Assembly: GCA_026397315.1 (NCBI GenBank) | Contig: JAPLVC010000004.1 | Span: 1-64,000, forward strand | DNA: 64,000 nt | Reading direction: 5' to 3' | Source: Candidatus Aenigmatarchaeota archaeon | GTDB taxonomy: Archaea > Aenigmatarchaeota > Aenigmatarchaeia > QMZP01 > QMZT01 | Shown here: positions 37,900 through 51,300 of the stretch, piece by piece | Layout: each line of letters begins with the position of its first letter | Numbering within the stretch: the stretch's first letter is position 1 | Program-made: the position numbers and the translations under genes | The notes under the pieces: generated by a model | What the model saw: the letters and a program-made list of their open reading frames with translations, nothing else | Database searches by the model: none | Told to the model about the DNA's origin: nothing

Positions 37900-39426
37900 T
37901 CAGAGCTTCAGGAATCCCTTGCCAGCCCTCTTCAGCGAGATGTGCCTTTCCCAGTCTTCCGTCTTCTCCGGGTAGTCCTCCCTGAAGTGGCAGCCCCTCG
38001 ATTCGGTGCGCGCAAGAGCGGCGCTAACGACGAGCCTCGCCGCCAGAAGTATGTTGTTTATCTCGATTATCTCTTCGTTGACGCCTTCTTTCTTGGACAT
38101 GTAAGCCTGCATGAGCGATATCTCCCTGAGCGCTTTTATCAAATCTTTCTCGTTCCTCACTATGCCCGCGTGCTTCCACATAACCGACTTCAGTCGCGTC
38201 TTCAGCTCCGTCGGGCGGTCGCTGGCGACGCTCATCTGCCTGGTATTTACAAAGCCAATCTCCCTGCCGACGTTGTAGGCATGCGCCGATTCCGCCGCTC
38301 GCGATGAGAACACAAGCGACTCGAGAAGCGAATTCGACGCGAGCCTGTTCGCGCCGTGCACGCCGGTGCACGCCACTTCGCCAAAAGCGTAAAGCCCTGG
38401 GACGTTCGTTTTTCCGTCGATGTCCGTCTTCAGCCCGCCGCAGGTATAATGGGCGACAGGCTCGACGGGTATCCTATCTTTAGTGATATCGATGCCGTTC
38501 TCGAGGCACGTCCTGTAAATCGTCGGGAATCGTTCTTTCACGAACGCCTTGCCAATATGAGTCATGTCAAGATAAACCGTGCCGTTTCTCAGCTCACTGA
38601 ACATCGCGCGCGACACCTCGTCCCTGCGGGCAAGCTCCTCGACGAAGCGCTTCCCGTCATCGTTAACCAGCTTCGCGCCCTCGCCGCGGACCGCTTCGGA
38701 TATCAGAAAGAAAGGCTTTCCCTTGCGGCGAAGCGCCGTGGGATGGAACTGCACGAACTCGATATCCTCCACGTCACAGCCTGCGCGGAAGCCCATAGCC
38801 AGCCCGTCGCCGGTCGCGATTTCGGGATTCGAAGTGTTCTCGTAAATCTCGCACAATCCGCCAGTCGCGATAGCGACGGCTTTCGCGAAGAATTCAACCA
38901 TCCGTTTTTTGCCGACGTCGAAGACACGCGCGCCTATGCACGCGCCGTCCTTGAGTATGAGGTCGAAGGCCACGTGCTTCTCGAAGATGCGGATGCCGTT
39001 CCTGCGCGCGTTCTCGATCATCGCCTTCTCGATTTCCGCGCCCGTCATGTCGCCGCGGTGGACGATGCGCTTTCTCGAATGCCCGCCTTCTTGCCCTAGT
39101 TGCAGGCCGCCCGCTTTCGCGTCCTTGTCGAACGTCGCTCCCAGCGCCATCAGATTCTCGATCTCGTCTGGCGCCTGCTTCACCATAATCTCGACTGCGT
39201 ACTTGTCGCATAAACCATCGCCGGATTTCAGCGTGTCGCGCACGTGCAGATTGAAGCTATCGGTTTTAGAAAACACGGCCGCAATGCCGCCCTGGGCGAA
39301 GTTAGTGTTCGATTCGACGGCGTCTTTCTTCGTGACCAGACAGACACTGCCATACTCCAAGGCCTGCAGCGCGAAGTTGAGTCCTGCAATCCCGGAACCT
39401 ATGACCAGAAAATCAGACTTTATCAT
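37900..39426 (-). CDS. nadB: L-aspartate oxidase
   Basis: FAD-binding DFLVIGSGIAGL; succinate dehydrogenase/fumarate reductase flavoprotein-family motifs; about 508 aa. Confidence 0.9.
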   Translation of the reverse strand: MIKSDFLVIGSGIAGLNFALQALEYGSVCLVTKKDAVESNTNFAQGGIAAVFSKTDSFNLHVRDTLKSGDGLCDKYAVEIMVKQAPDEIENLMALGATFDKDAKAGGLQLGQEGGHSRKRIVHRGDMTGAEIEKAMIENARRNGIRIFEKHVAFDLILKDGACIGARVFDVGKKRMVEFFAKAVAIATGGLCEIYENTSNPEIATGDGLAMGFRAGCDVEDIEFVQFHPTALRRKGKPFFLISEAVRGEGAKLVNDDGKRFVEELARRDEVSRAMFSELRNGTVYLDMTHIGKAFVKERFPTIYRTCLENGIDITKDRIPVEPVAHYTCGGLKTDIDGKTNVPGLYAFGEVACTGVHGANRLASNSLLESLVFSSRAAESAHAYNVGREIGFVNTRQMSVASDRPTELKTRLKSVMWKHAGIVRNEKDLIKALREISLMQAYMSKKEGVNEEIIEINNILLAARLVVSAALARTESRGCHFREDYPEKTEDWERHISLKRAGKGFLKL

Positions 39427-39458
39427 TAAGGGTTAATTGTTTGCATGGGTTTAAAATA

Positions 39459-40361
39459 TTACTTGAGCTTCAGCATCCTGTCGAGAGCGCGTCTCGCCTT
39501 CTCCGCGATCGCTGCATCAACCTTAACTTCATTCGTCCCGTCACGGAGGCAAGCGTATACTTTCTCGAGCGTCGTCTTCTTCATGTTCTGGCACGCGCCG
39601 GCAGCTGGATAAAATTTCTTCCCCTTGACCTCGCGGCGCAGCCGCTCGCACATCCCCTCTTCGGTCACGACTATGAATTCCTTCGCTTTGGACGTTTTCG
39701 CGTATTTTATCATGCCGCCCGTGCCGCACACATGATCAGCCAGCTTCAGCACGTCCTCCGGGTTTTCAGGATGGGCCATCACCTTCGCTTTCGGATGTCG
39801 CCATTTGAGCTTCTTCACGGCCTTCGGGTCGACTGCGTCGTGCACGACACAGAAGCCCGGCCACGGTATTATCTTCTTCCTCGTCTTCGTCTGCACGTAT
39901 TTCGCCATGTTGTAGTCCGGCACGAATATGATCTCGTGCGCGGAGACCTCCTCGACGGCTTCCTTGAAGTTCGCCGATGTGCAGCACACGTCTGATTCGG
40001 CCTTCGTCGCGGCGTTCGTGTTTATGTATGCGACCACGCCCGCCCGCGGGTACTCGGTCTTTTTCTGGCGCAGCTTTCCGGCAGTAGCCATCGCGGCCAT
40101 CGGGCATTTCGCTTCGACGTCCGGAATCAGCACGCGCTTCGCCGGGTTCAGCAGTTTCGCCGATTCGGCCATGAAATCCACTCCGCAGAAAACAATGACT
40201 TTCGCTTTCGTTCGCTTCGCTCGTATGGCCAGCTCCAGGGAATCTCCTATGAAATCAGCAACATCATAAATCTCGGGGCGCTGGTAGTTGTGGACGAGGA
40301 TTATCGCATTCTTCGCCTTCTTCAGCTCTTTGATCTTCCTGATGAGCTCCTGAGTTTTCAT
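39459..40361 (-). CDS. nadA: quinolinate synthase A
   Basis: Three-repeat NadA fold with conserved Cys residues; about 300 aa; immediately upstream of nadB on the same strand. Confidence 0.9.
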   Translation of the reverse strand: MKTQELIRKIKELKKAKNAIILVHNYQRPEIYDVADFIGDSLELAIRAKRTKAKVIVFCGVDFMAESAKLLNPAKRVLIPDVEAKCPMAAMATAGKLRQKKTEYPRAGVVAYINTNAATKAESDVCCTSANFKEAVEEVSAHEIIFVPDYNMAKYVQTKTRKKIIPWPGFCVVHDAVDPKAVKKLKWRHPKAKVMAHPENPEDVLKLADHVCGTGGMIKYAKTSKAKEFIVVTEEGMCERLRREVKGKKFYPAAGACQNMKKTTLEKVYACLRDGTNEVKVDAAIAEKARRALDRMLKLK

Positions 40362-40444
40362 GATGGCACCTGACCTTTTGATATTCTGGCTTCAGGATAC
40401 ATAAATAAATTAATTGCTAACTCCCAACGCATTATCGTGAGACA

Positions 40445-40963
40445 ATGGAGGTAATGGAGTCCGCGGCAGCATCGCTGCCCAAATATCCGCGCATAAAATG
40501 CAACCAGAACAGCATACACCTTCTTTACGGCGGGGGCTTCATGCCGGAAGAAAACGCGAACGCAGAATATCTGGGCAGGCTCATAGTCAAAACGCCGACC
40601 ACCGAGCTTTACAGGGCTATGTTCTTCAAACCGCTGGAAGGCACGCCCCGACTTTTCATGATCGACTCGAATATCCTCGGGTGGCACGCGCAAGGTTCGG
40701 ACATACGCGACCTTGCCTTGGATCCGCCGCTGAACAAATATTACAGGAACGCCAGTTTGATAGTCGTTGGCCCGGACGAGGCTCTCGTGGAAAAATATTT
40801 CGAATTTTTCAAGGGAGACTCGGGCTTCATAGAGGACTCGTTCCTGCAGTCAGGCACGGACAGGCATTTCGCCATAATAGACTTCACACTGAAGCACACG
40901 CTGATTTCCTACGAGAATACAAGGGAAGCCCTGCTCAAAAAGGGGCTTAATCATTCAATCTGA
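40445..40963 (+). CDS. hypothetical protein (172 aa)
   Basis: ORF with host-like codon usage; no recognisable motif. Confidence 0.4.
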   Translation: MEVMESAAASLPKYPRIKCNQNSIHLLYGGGFMPEENANAEYLGRLIVKTPTTELYRAMFFKPLEGTPRLFMIDSNILGWHAQGSDIRDLALDPPLNKYYRNASLIVVGPDEALVEKYFEFFKGDSGFIEDSFLQSGTDRHFAIIDFTLKHTLISYENTREALLKKGLNHSI

Positions 40964-40997
40964 TTGTTTTTCAAGAAACAATAATCCAACGGCAGTT

Positions 40998-41360
40998 CTA
41001 AAGCTTTTCCTTCCCGGACTTCAGCGTGCCCGAGACGCGCACGGTCTGGAATATCGCCTTCGAATCGCCTATCTGGCGGACGAGCGCTAAAGCGAACTTC
41101 ACGTCGTCCACGTATTTGTGCGAGCACTGGATGACGCCTTCCCTGTCGCTCCACAGGTTGCGGATGACCCACGGCTTCGCCTTCGCCATGCCGCTCTCGC
41201 CCATCCAGCCGAGCATCGAGCCCATGATGGCATTGCGCGCTTCGGAAAAATCGAGCCTCATGCTGGACTGGATCCTGAAGAATACGTATCGTTTCCGCTC
41301 GACCTGGCTGGGCATGTGCTTCAGCCTCGACGGCTTCTTTGCATGCGTCTTTTCGGCCAT
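40998..41360 (-). CDS. rnp2: RNase P protein component 2 (Pop5/Rpp14 family)
   Basis: RKRYVFFRI...AKPWVIRNLWSDREGVIQCSHKYVDDVKFALALV...VRVSGTLK aligns closely to archaeal Pop5. Confidence 0.8.
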   Translation of the reverse strand: MAEKTHAKKPSRLKHMPSQVERKRYVFFRIQSSMRLDFSEARNAIMGSMLGWMGESGMAKAKPWVIRNLWSDREGVIQCSHKYVDDVKFALALVRQIGDSKAIFQTVRVSGTLKSGKEKL

Positions 41361-41503
41361 GTTTGATTATTCTCCTCCGTTGTTATTATATTGCATATAT
41401 AATCTGTAATATAATCTGTAATATATAATTAGGGGTTTGTTCCTACTTATGAGTATTTAAAACCTATCTACATATAAAAAGTATCAAAAATAATTACTTA
41501 GGA

Positions 41504-41971
41504 GTGTTAAAAAAGCAACAATTTAATTTGATGAAATTTCCAGAGGACTTTTATATGATCGCTGCCGATTACAGGGAGCCGGTGAACCTGGACTCGATTG
41601 AAATCAACCTTACGGCGAGCATGATATGCTCCAACATGAACCGCCTCTGCATACTCTACCTTCTCAAGAAATCTGACAAAAACTGCATGCAGGCCGAGAA
41701 GATCGCCTCGACTCTTGGAATCTCGCACCGCACTGTTCTTTACCATCTTGACATTCTCAAGGACTACGGCCTGGTCGAGGTAAGAGAGTTCAGAAAAAAG
41801 GGTGCGAAGCTGCTGCGTTCCGTGTGGGGACTCAGCGAGGAGAACGGGACCAGCGTCGAAAAGGTATTCGGCCGCATCTGCAAGAAATTCGACATTAAAG
41901 AGATAGAAAAAATGCTCGGCGAGAACTGCGGTGCCACACTATCCAGGAAAAGAAACCCGATGGACAACTAA
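41504..41971 (+). CDS. ArsR-family winged-helix transcriptional regulator
   Basis: ASMICSNMNRLCILYLLKKSDKNCMQAEKIASTLGISHRTVLYHLDILKDYGLVE HTH. Confidence 0.7.
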   Translation: MLKKQQFNLMKFPEDFYMIAADYREPVNLDSIEINLTASMICSNMNRLCILYLLKKSDKNCMQAEKIASTLGISHRTVLYHLDILKDYGLVEVREFRKKGAKLLRSVWGLSEENGTSVEKVFGRICKKFDIKEIEKMLGENCGATLSRKRNPMDN

Positions 41972-42315
41972 GATAAAATCATCCAAGCCAGTCTAATTTT
42001 CATGCAAGCCTCATTTTAGTTCTAAAATATTATCGGGCACAAGCGGCTTGGTATCAAACCAGTTTCATACTGGTTTCAAATAACCTACAACCATCCCGGG
42101 AATTTTTTTCATGGATGTTTTATTTTCCTATTTGTGAGTGAATACACTTTTTGCAACATTTTTCTTGGAACAAAGTAGGTTTATAAACGTTTCGAAAATT
42201 TTCGGTAAGTATATAAAGATTCATCCGAACGTCAAAGCAATGCATGAACTTTTAGTACACGATTTAGCAGGTTTTGAGTTAGAGTTTTATAATATAGAAA
42301 AGGATTTTTGGTGAG

Positions 42316-45300
42316 GTGAGTCAGATGAATACGAATAAGATGAAGGCATACGTCGGCGCCGTAGGCGCGACGAAACTGACTGCCATAATCGTTATGGCTT
42401 GTATTCTGGGGGTTTTCGCTGTCTCGATGGCTAGCGTTTTTGCCGAATCCAATGCTCAAATCTACACAACGGATATCGAAGGTATAGCGAAATTAGATTT
42501 CACCCCTGATTCAATAGTATATATACACGGCACGAGTTTCTCACCTAACTCGTCAATAAGCATCACCCTCACCAGGCCAGGCCAATATTCATATTCAGAA
42601 TCCTGTGGTCCAGAATATTGCGATATATCGAACATTTTTGGCGGTCCACCTGAAATAGAAACAGGTTTCGACGCACCACAGACCTCGAATGAAGAGGGAG
42701 ATTTCGTTTATAGATATGACTTAGACGGTATAGTCGGAGAATACACAGTCACAGTCACCGATGGCGCAGATGTAAAGACTTTTGTTTTCACCGACGCGAG
42801 AAATATTAACTGGGCCAAATTGAACGGAACAAGTACTGTAACAGTTCTACCCAGCACTAGCATCACAGCTTCTGTGAATGTTACAACAACCAGTACAGAT
42901 CATGACTGGAAATGCACAAAATATAAAATAGAGGGTGGAAGTAACATCACTGTAAATCACGGAAACCATTATGGACAAGGTACATACATAGAATCATTTT
43001 CTATAACAGCACCTGCGACACCTGGCATCTATGATGTCAGTTTTTGGGCCTTTGATGATAATGATTGCACAAGTGGCCAAAGTATTGAAAAGAAATTGGT
43101 AGATGGCATAACAGTCACATCACCTGCTATTTGCGGTAATGGTGTAAAAGAAGGCTCTGAAGGATGCGACGATGGTAACACAGCAAATGGCGATGGTTGT
43201 AATTCCGGTTGTCAAGTAGAAACTGGATGGGCATGCACAGGGACACAGCCGAGTGTTTGCACTCCTGCCTGTGGTAATGGTATTATAACTTCACCTGAAA
43301 CCTGCGACGATGGCAACACGGCCAGTAGTGATGGATGTAGCAATGTTTGTCAGACAGAGAATGGCTGGACGTGCACAGGCACTCCAAGCGTTTGCACTGT
43401 AGCAAACCAGAATCTTACGCAGTCCTGCGGCATAGACATGGCGCTTGTGATAGACGTTTCCGGCAGCATAGACAGCACAGAACTTGCACAGATGAAGACG
43501 GCTCTTAATAGTTTTGTTGACGCATTCCTTCCGAACACACCGACGAAAATAGCTGTCATCAAGTTCGATACGACAGCAACAGTTATTCACGCATACTCAA
43601 ATGATGCCACATCCCTGAAGAACGCCATTAATGGCGCAAGTGGCGGTGGATACACCAACTGGCAGGATGCTCTTCTTGACACCCATTCATTGTATGACCA
43701 CAGGATTGACAAGCCTGATTTGTACGTTTTCGCTTCTGACGGAGAACCGAACAGATACGGCGACCCGGCAGTAAGTGCCACGACACCTGTAGCTGTCGCA
43801 CACGCTGTTACTGAAGCGAACCACATAAAACTTCACGGCATCAGAATAATAACGCTTGGAATAGGAACAGGAGGCAGCTCATCTCTTATAAACAACCTCA
43901 AGGCGATTTCAAGCAATGACGCTTATTACGACACGAATTTCGAAACTATTGCAGATGACCTCGCCGACCTTGCCAACGATTTGTGCGGCGGGACAATAAA
44001 CGTCCAGAAATTCGTTGACGGCAACACCGCTGCCGACTGGCAGTTCGCTGTCACTGGCGGAACTTCGAACCCACCGTCAGGTTACACAGGAACTGACGGC
44101 TTTATCACTTTTGACATAGACACCAGCGGCGGAAATGCGACCGTCAGCGTGACGGAAACAGTACAGAACGGTAATAGTTTCACGAGCGCCCACTGTTATA
44201 GTGATTCGCAGCACCAGAACGAAGTCGGAACACCGGGACAGGGAACAGTGGTCAGCATACAAGTCGGTGCGAACGACGCGATTTACTGCGAGTTCAACAA
44301 CCACCACAACGTTTGCTCTGAATACTCGACAGAAGGCAGCTGCAACGCGCAGACTGGCCTTTGTACATGGTGCCCGCAGTGTAATCAGCATCATCAATGG
44401 AGTAGCCTGCTTGGCGGAGACCAGTGCGTCCCTGCAGGTGCATGCCCGAACCCCTACACATGTGAATACGGGGAATGCGGCGCCGAATGCGAAGATGACG
44501 AAAGACCTTGCACGGCATACTGCGACCAGAGTCTGAATTATTATGGGGCAGGAATTTGCGGAAATGATTGCACCTGCAATTATCCATCACCAACTCCCTG
44601 CGACGATGGTGACAAATGCACGACAGACGGATGTAGTAATGCTAATGGATGCGCACCACATGAACCAGTCGACTGCAACGACAATAATATATGCACGATA
44701 GATTCATGCGACCCATCAGTCGGCTGTTCTAACGTAAGGATACCTACCGAAACTTCTTGCACCGACCAGATAGACAACGATTGCGACGGCAAGACAGACT
44801 GCGCTGACACCGATTGTGCGGGAACTCCTACATGCTTCTACCAGAGACCGTGCGATGCCCCAACCGATATCTGTCAATGGAACAAAGTTCTTCCGCTTGG
44901 CTCAGAGAACTGCTGCGGCTGCAATCTCGGTTTCAATACCTATTGGCCGCTTAACACTCAAGCAAGCGCAGAATGCACTTTCACTGCTGATGCAAACATG
45001 AAACAGAAACTTTACATCTCGGTGAACAACGATGTGATAAGATGCACGCTTAACGGAAACGTAATTTTCGAAAACCAACAGCACGAAGGCTGTGCGGAAA
45101 TAAATCCTAGAAACGGTTATACCGTTCCTATTAGTCCGACTGCCGGTGTAAACACAATAATTTGCGAAATAAATGACAGAGGTTCGATGACGCACTTCGA
45201 TGCATGCGTTGTTGAAAAACAATGTTTTAACAACGCTGATTGTGACAATGGTTTATACTGCGACGGCATTGAATATTGCGATCAAAACAATCAGTGTCAG

Positions 45301-48300
45301 CCAGGAACTCCTGCTGACTGTTCAGACCAATTTTTCTGCACCGTTAATGAAAGATGTGAAGAAGGAACGAGTACATATGAATGTTTATCTGACCCACTTG
45401 ACTGCTCCGGAAACGACATCCAAGGAATAGCGACTTGCACGAACGACCCTGACAACTACGCATGGACTTTTGATTTCAGAAGCCTCTTCACAAGCATCTG
45501 CGATGACGATAACAATGTTTGTACGAGTGGTAGTGAAGACATATCACACACATGCGCAGATGCTAATGCGACCGACGGCGGACCGGTTATTCTGCCTCAG
45601 GGAGGCGTGAGCACATGCACGGCTGAGTGCGATAGCTATGGAACGGAATGCCAGCCGTACCTTAACCCAGCGAATGATTATTGTTATTACAATGGACAAT
45701 GTAACACGAATCCGACAGTATGCCAGTGTGCTTATTCAGGCGTGCCATGCCCGGACCCTGGTTACATAGATGAAAATAGGATCTGCCACTATGGCGAGAG
45801 ATCCTGCACCGCAAACGGATGTGTTTATCGATACAACGACCCAATGGGCTGCAAGGACATCTGCGATCCGGTTTTGGGACCGCAGGACACGACAGGCCCG
45901 ATCACCGACATTCTTAAGATAACGCCGAACCCGACTTGCGGTAAGATAAGCTTCAACGCGACCATAACCGAGAACTGCACCAACATCTCGGACGGACTAT
46001 ATGCGATAGATATTGGGATAGATTTCTGCCCGTTTCCGGGTTACGGAGGCTATCAGGTTCTTCCGCTTGACGACAGCTCATATGATGGAGACAAAATGCA
46101 GGAGCTTGTAGGCAAGATTAACCTGATGCTGACGGGCTACAACGACGGACGCCACACCCTTTACGTCAGGGGCAAGAACACTGACGGCACATGGGGCAAC
46201 TGCGATTCATACGGCTTCGCCTTGGACACTCTGGCGCCCGCGACAGAATCGCAGAGCATAACGCCCAACATGGCGTGCGGCAGCAATCCTTACTTCGTAG
46301 CGAGAATTTGCGACCCATTCAACGAGTCAGGCATGTGCGGCGCGGAATACTACATAGATGATTTCACACAGGGAAACGGCGAAGGAATACCGATGTACCC
46401 GGTCGACGGACAGTGGAACGACGCATGCGAGTACGTTTACGCGTGGGTTGACATAAGCCAGGTTTCTGAAGGGACGCATTACATAAAGGCTCACGGCATT
46501 GACTGCACAGGATGCAACTGGGGCAAAATTGAGAACTTCGCTCCGGTATGGTTCATAAAAGACACTGTAGCTCCGGTATCGACAAAGACTGTCGGAACGC
46601 CGAAGATACAGTGCAGCAGCGACGTGGGAGAGTGCTGGTTCATAACCCAGGGCACTGAGATAACCATGAACGCCCAGGACTCTGATCCGGGCTTCGGCGA
46701 ATACTCAGGAAACCTGAACATATCTTCGCACTACCCGTACTACCAGGGATACGTTAACATTTATTACAGACAGAGATGGAAGGAGAACTACGATTCAGAA
46801 GAGTGGGGAACGTGGAGCAGCTGGACTCTTTACACGGGTCCGTTCAAGTTCACGGAAGACTCACTCCACGAGATAGAGTACTACTCTACGGACGCCTGTG
46901 CCAACAACGAAACATCGAAATTCGAGCTTGACATAGTCGACACTCAGCCACCCGAGACCGCAAAAGACGTCTTGGGCCCGAAAGTCGCAGGCGACGGCAA
47001 CCCGATACACTACTACATAACAGATGACAGCACGATAAAACTTACATGCACAGACCCGCAGCCTCACCCGGTAGACCAGGTCACTCTTAACTGGGCGGTT
47101 TACTACAGTGAGAACTGCACGAACCCGACATGGAGCAGCGAGCCGATAATGAGCGGCCATGAGCAGGGCGGCTACAAGGAGATAACGAACCTTCAGGACT
47201 CGTGCCACAAGATTGTTTACAGCTGCGTCGACGCGCTCAACAACGTTGAAACAGAGCACGTCGAGATAGACGCGGTCGACAACAAGTATCCGCTTGTAGA
47301 AAAGGCGGTAGACGAGCCGAAGGTGCCATACACACTTCCCATCCAATACATGGGCACGGAACCGTTTGATGTGGCAGACCAAGCATGGTATGTCAACCAG
47401 AACACGCTGATAACGCTGACATGCACCGACCAGCTGCCTCATCCGGTCGACGATGTCAAGATATACTACAAATATTATGTGGACGGCGTGCAGCATCAGA
47501 ACTGGACGGAATACACCGCACCATTCACATACAACGAGGACACGTACCACAATCTCTACTACTACTGCGTTGACGCCCTTGGAAACAAGGGACCGACGCA
47601 CGTCGAATTGGACGTGGTTGACACGCAGGCTCCGACCTCGGTGAAAACGCTGACAGGCGCGAAGCACGCATGCACACCTGAAGAGGCGAGCATGTACGGC
47701 ATAGCGGACTGCTCGTTCATAACGCACGACACAAAAGTCGAGCTGTCCTGCACCGACGGCAACCCGCACCCGGTTGATGACGTCGAGCTTCACTACAAGA
47801 TTGAGTGGAAGCTGAACTGGGAAGGCAGCTGGCAGACCCTTAGGGACCAGACAGTAGAAGACAATTACACGAGCTTCTACTACGAGGATCTTCCGGTAGA
47901 ATACCAGGATTCGTTCCACAAGCTCACTTGGTACTGCGTAGATGCGCTTGACAACACGGAGAGCCAGCACGTAGAATTGGACATTGTTGATACACAGGCG
48001 CCGCAGACCGTGAAGACGGTCTCGATGCCGAAATACGCAGGCCCGATAGGCAGCGGCATAGACTACTACATAACCAAGGATACTGTAATCAATCTGACAT
48101 GCACAGACGGCAACCCGCACCCGGTTGACCATGTAACCCTTAACTGGAAAATTTACTGGAGCAGCGAATGCGGACCAAACGCTGTCTGGAGTATAGATCC
48201 GATAGCAAGCGGTGCAGAGGGAGACGGCAACGTTCTGATAACCAACCTCGGCGATTCATGCCACAAGCTTGTCTACAACTGCGTCGACCAGCTCGGCAAC

Positions 48301-51300
48301 GCTGAAAACACACAGGTCGAGATAGACGCGGTCGACAACCAGGCGCCAATCGGAACAAAGAACGTTGGCCAGCCTAACGTGCCCTGCGTCGGCGAAGTAG
48401 AATGCACGCAGTTCGACTACTGGGTTCGTGACCACGTCACGACGGTAACGCTTGACTGCACCGACGCACAGCCGCATCCGATCGGCGGAGAGCTGATGTG
48501 CTACAAGATGGGCTACGACGTCCCAGCGACGCCAGACCTTACACAGCAATATTGCACGCAGTTCGGCGGCAAAATGGAAGCTGACGGATACTGCTGCGTA
48601 GACGTCGATGGCAGCAAGAACTATGTATTCAATTTCACGGAAGATTCCGTGCACACACTGGGTTACTACTGCAAGGACGCATTCGGAAACGCCAACGGCC
48701 TTGACACGGAGACGTTCAAGGTAGACTCGATCGCTCCTAACACAACAAAGACTTATGAGGGACCGTTCTACACCGATGGCAAGTCAGACTGGATAGACAC
48801 CGTATCAACGGTAAAACTTACTGCAACTGATGGCGGAGAGATATGCCACGTAGACGGCACGACCACATACTACGCGGTCACACAGGTGAACGAATCGTTC
48901 TGCTACGATCCGGCAGCGAACTGCCAGCAGATGCACACATACGAGCAAGGCGTCTGGAACACATACACTAGCGCATTCCCGGTCGCTGAGTCATGCCACC
49001 TGATAGAGTTCTACAGCGTGGACGTGCTCGGCAACAAGGAACCGATAAAGCACCAATGCGTGTTCTCAGACCACACAGCTCCAGCCACAAACAAGACTTA
49101 CGGAACACCGCTAGTGGAAGCTGTCACAGGAGGTTATCCGAAGTGGATAACTTCAGCGACACCGATAACCCTTACAGCTGAGGACCAGCTGCCGCACCCG
49201 TCCGGACTGAAAGAAACAAAGTACAGGGTGACGCTTGTGAACGACCTGAACTGCTACGAAGCGTGCAATGCAGAAAGCATCGGCGCATGGAACACCTACA
49301 CGGTGCCGTTCACAATCACGGAAGACTCCTGCCACATGATAGAGTACTTCAGCATAGACAACGTCCAGAAGACCGAGCCGGTCAAGAAGCAGTGCATATT
49401 CGTGGACAACAAGGCGCCGATATCGAACAAGACGTTCGACGGCTTCAACGTCCCGTGCAGCGAACTGACTTGCAGGACTGAAGGCAGCTGTGATTACTAC
49501 ATAAACCAGAACACGAAGATAATACTCAGCTGCACCGACCAGCTCCCGCACCCGGTCGACGACGTCAAGATATACTACAAATACACTGTTGACGATCAGC
49601 CACACGAATCATACTCGGACTGGACGCTATACACTGCTCCAATACAATATAATGAAGATTCGAAACACACTCTCGAATGGTACTGCGAGGACGCCCTTGG
49701 AAACAGGGAGCAGACTCACACCCAGATAGAGAGAGTAGACACAACACCTCCGACGACAGTCAAGACGTTCAGCAAACCGACATACCCTGAAGATTTGAAC
49801 CAGAACGGAACAATAGACAACGAGCAGGAACAGAATTACTGGGTCACTTCGGACACTGCGATAACGCTGACCACGACTGACGGCGGACCAATATGCGCAG
49901 CAGGCTCTTCAAAGCTTTACTACACGGTAAAGTGGGACAAGAACTGCGACGGCGACTTCAATGATTTCGGCGAAGTCGTGATAAATAATCAACACGTGCA
50001 TGTGAACGCAACCACGTGCGAACTCAAGAAGACCTTGTATCTGGAAGGCGAGTGCCTGCATGAGATAAGATGGCATGCAGTCGACGCTCTTGGAAACGTT
50101 GAAACAGAACACGTGCAGCAGCACAAGGTCGACAACAGTCCTCCGCACATACTGATACTTAAGCCGGTCGACGGCTGGTATTCGAAGGGCGAGGACATAC
50201 CCGCGATAGCTGAAGTCAAGGATCTCAACAGTGCGGACAGCCCGTGCGAGCAGTTCAGGAACAACTGCAACGAGCTCGGCGAGAACTGTGCGGTAGGCAT
50301 CGAGGACGGAGCGCAGTGCTACGCCTTCCTTGTGAACCTTGAGTTCCTTAACATGAACCCGATGGAAATATTCGACCTGAGCGACGTGACGAGATATAAT
50401 CTCGAAACGAACGGAACGCTCCTTTACAATGCGGCAGCGCAGGAATGCCAGGGCTATGCAGTAATCCCCGAGAACAGCGACGTGCAGAGCGGCATCCACA
50501 TATTCGTCGTCGAAGCTGAAGACAGCCTCGGCAACTACGCCAACAGCATCGACGAGATAAGGCTTGCGATAGACCAGGCATGCGGCGGCGGCTGCTGGAG
50601 CAGCGACCCGTACGACCTGTGCGAGCCACAGTGCGTTGAGGACGTCCTTCAGGACATAATAACGACATGGAACCTGCCGAAGATAGGCATAGACACGAAC
50701 GCACCGGAAGTTGTGATAACGGCACCGGTTGACACAGAGGGCTATTACGTTGACAAGGGACAGCTTGCTGTCTCGGCTGACGTGACCGAGTCCGGCATAA
50801 CGTGCGCGATAACTTCAGGCACGCCGTGCTACGTGAAAATCGACGGGACATCAATCGGAACTCTGTACTATGATAATAACGAGAAGGAATGCACTGGTAC
50901 GCTTGTGGTGCCCGAGGATGTGCCTAACGGCATGGAAGTTCCATTGACAGTCGAAGTCTCCGACAACTGCGGCAACATCGGAAAGGGAGTGGTTTATGTC
51001 ACGGTTGACACCATGAACCCGGCACCGGTGATACTTGCAGCGGAGGACGTCGAGAACCCGCCATACGACACTGATGGCAACTACGACCTTGTATGGACTG
51101 GCGGAACCGACACGAACTTCAAACAATTCGATATAGTAATAGATGGCACGACCTACTACGACGTGACGCAGCCTTACGAAGGCCTTTCGGCCGAGGGCAG
51201 GCACACGTACAAGGTCATCGCTACCGACGAAGTCGACAAGATTGCAACTTCCAACGAAGTGGTAGTCTGGGTCGACACTGTAGCACCTGGACTGGACGTG

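Noticed and set aside
38356-39099. 247-aa plus-strand ORF inside nadB
   Set aside because: It is antisense to a gene with an unambiguous FAD-binding and L-aspartate oxidase signature
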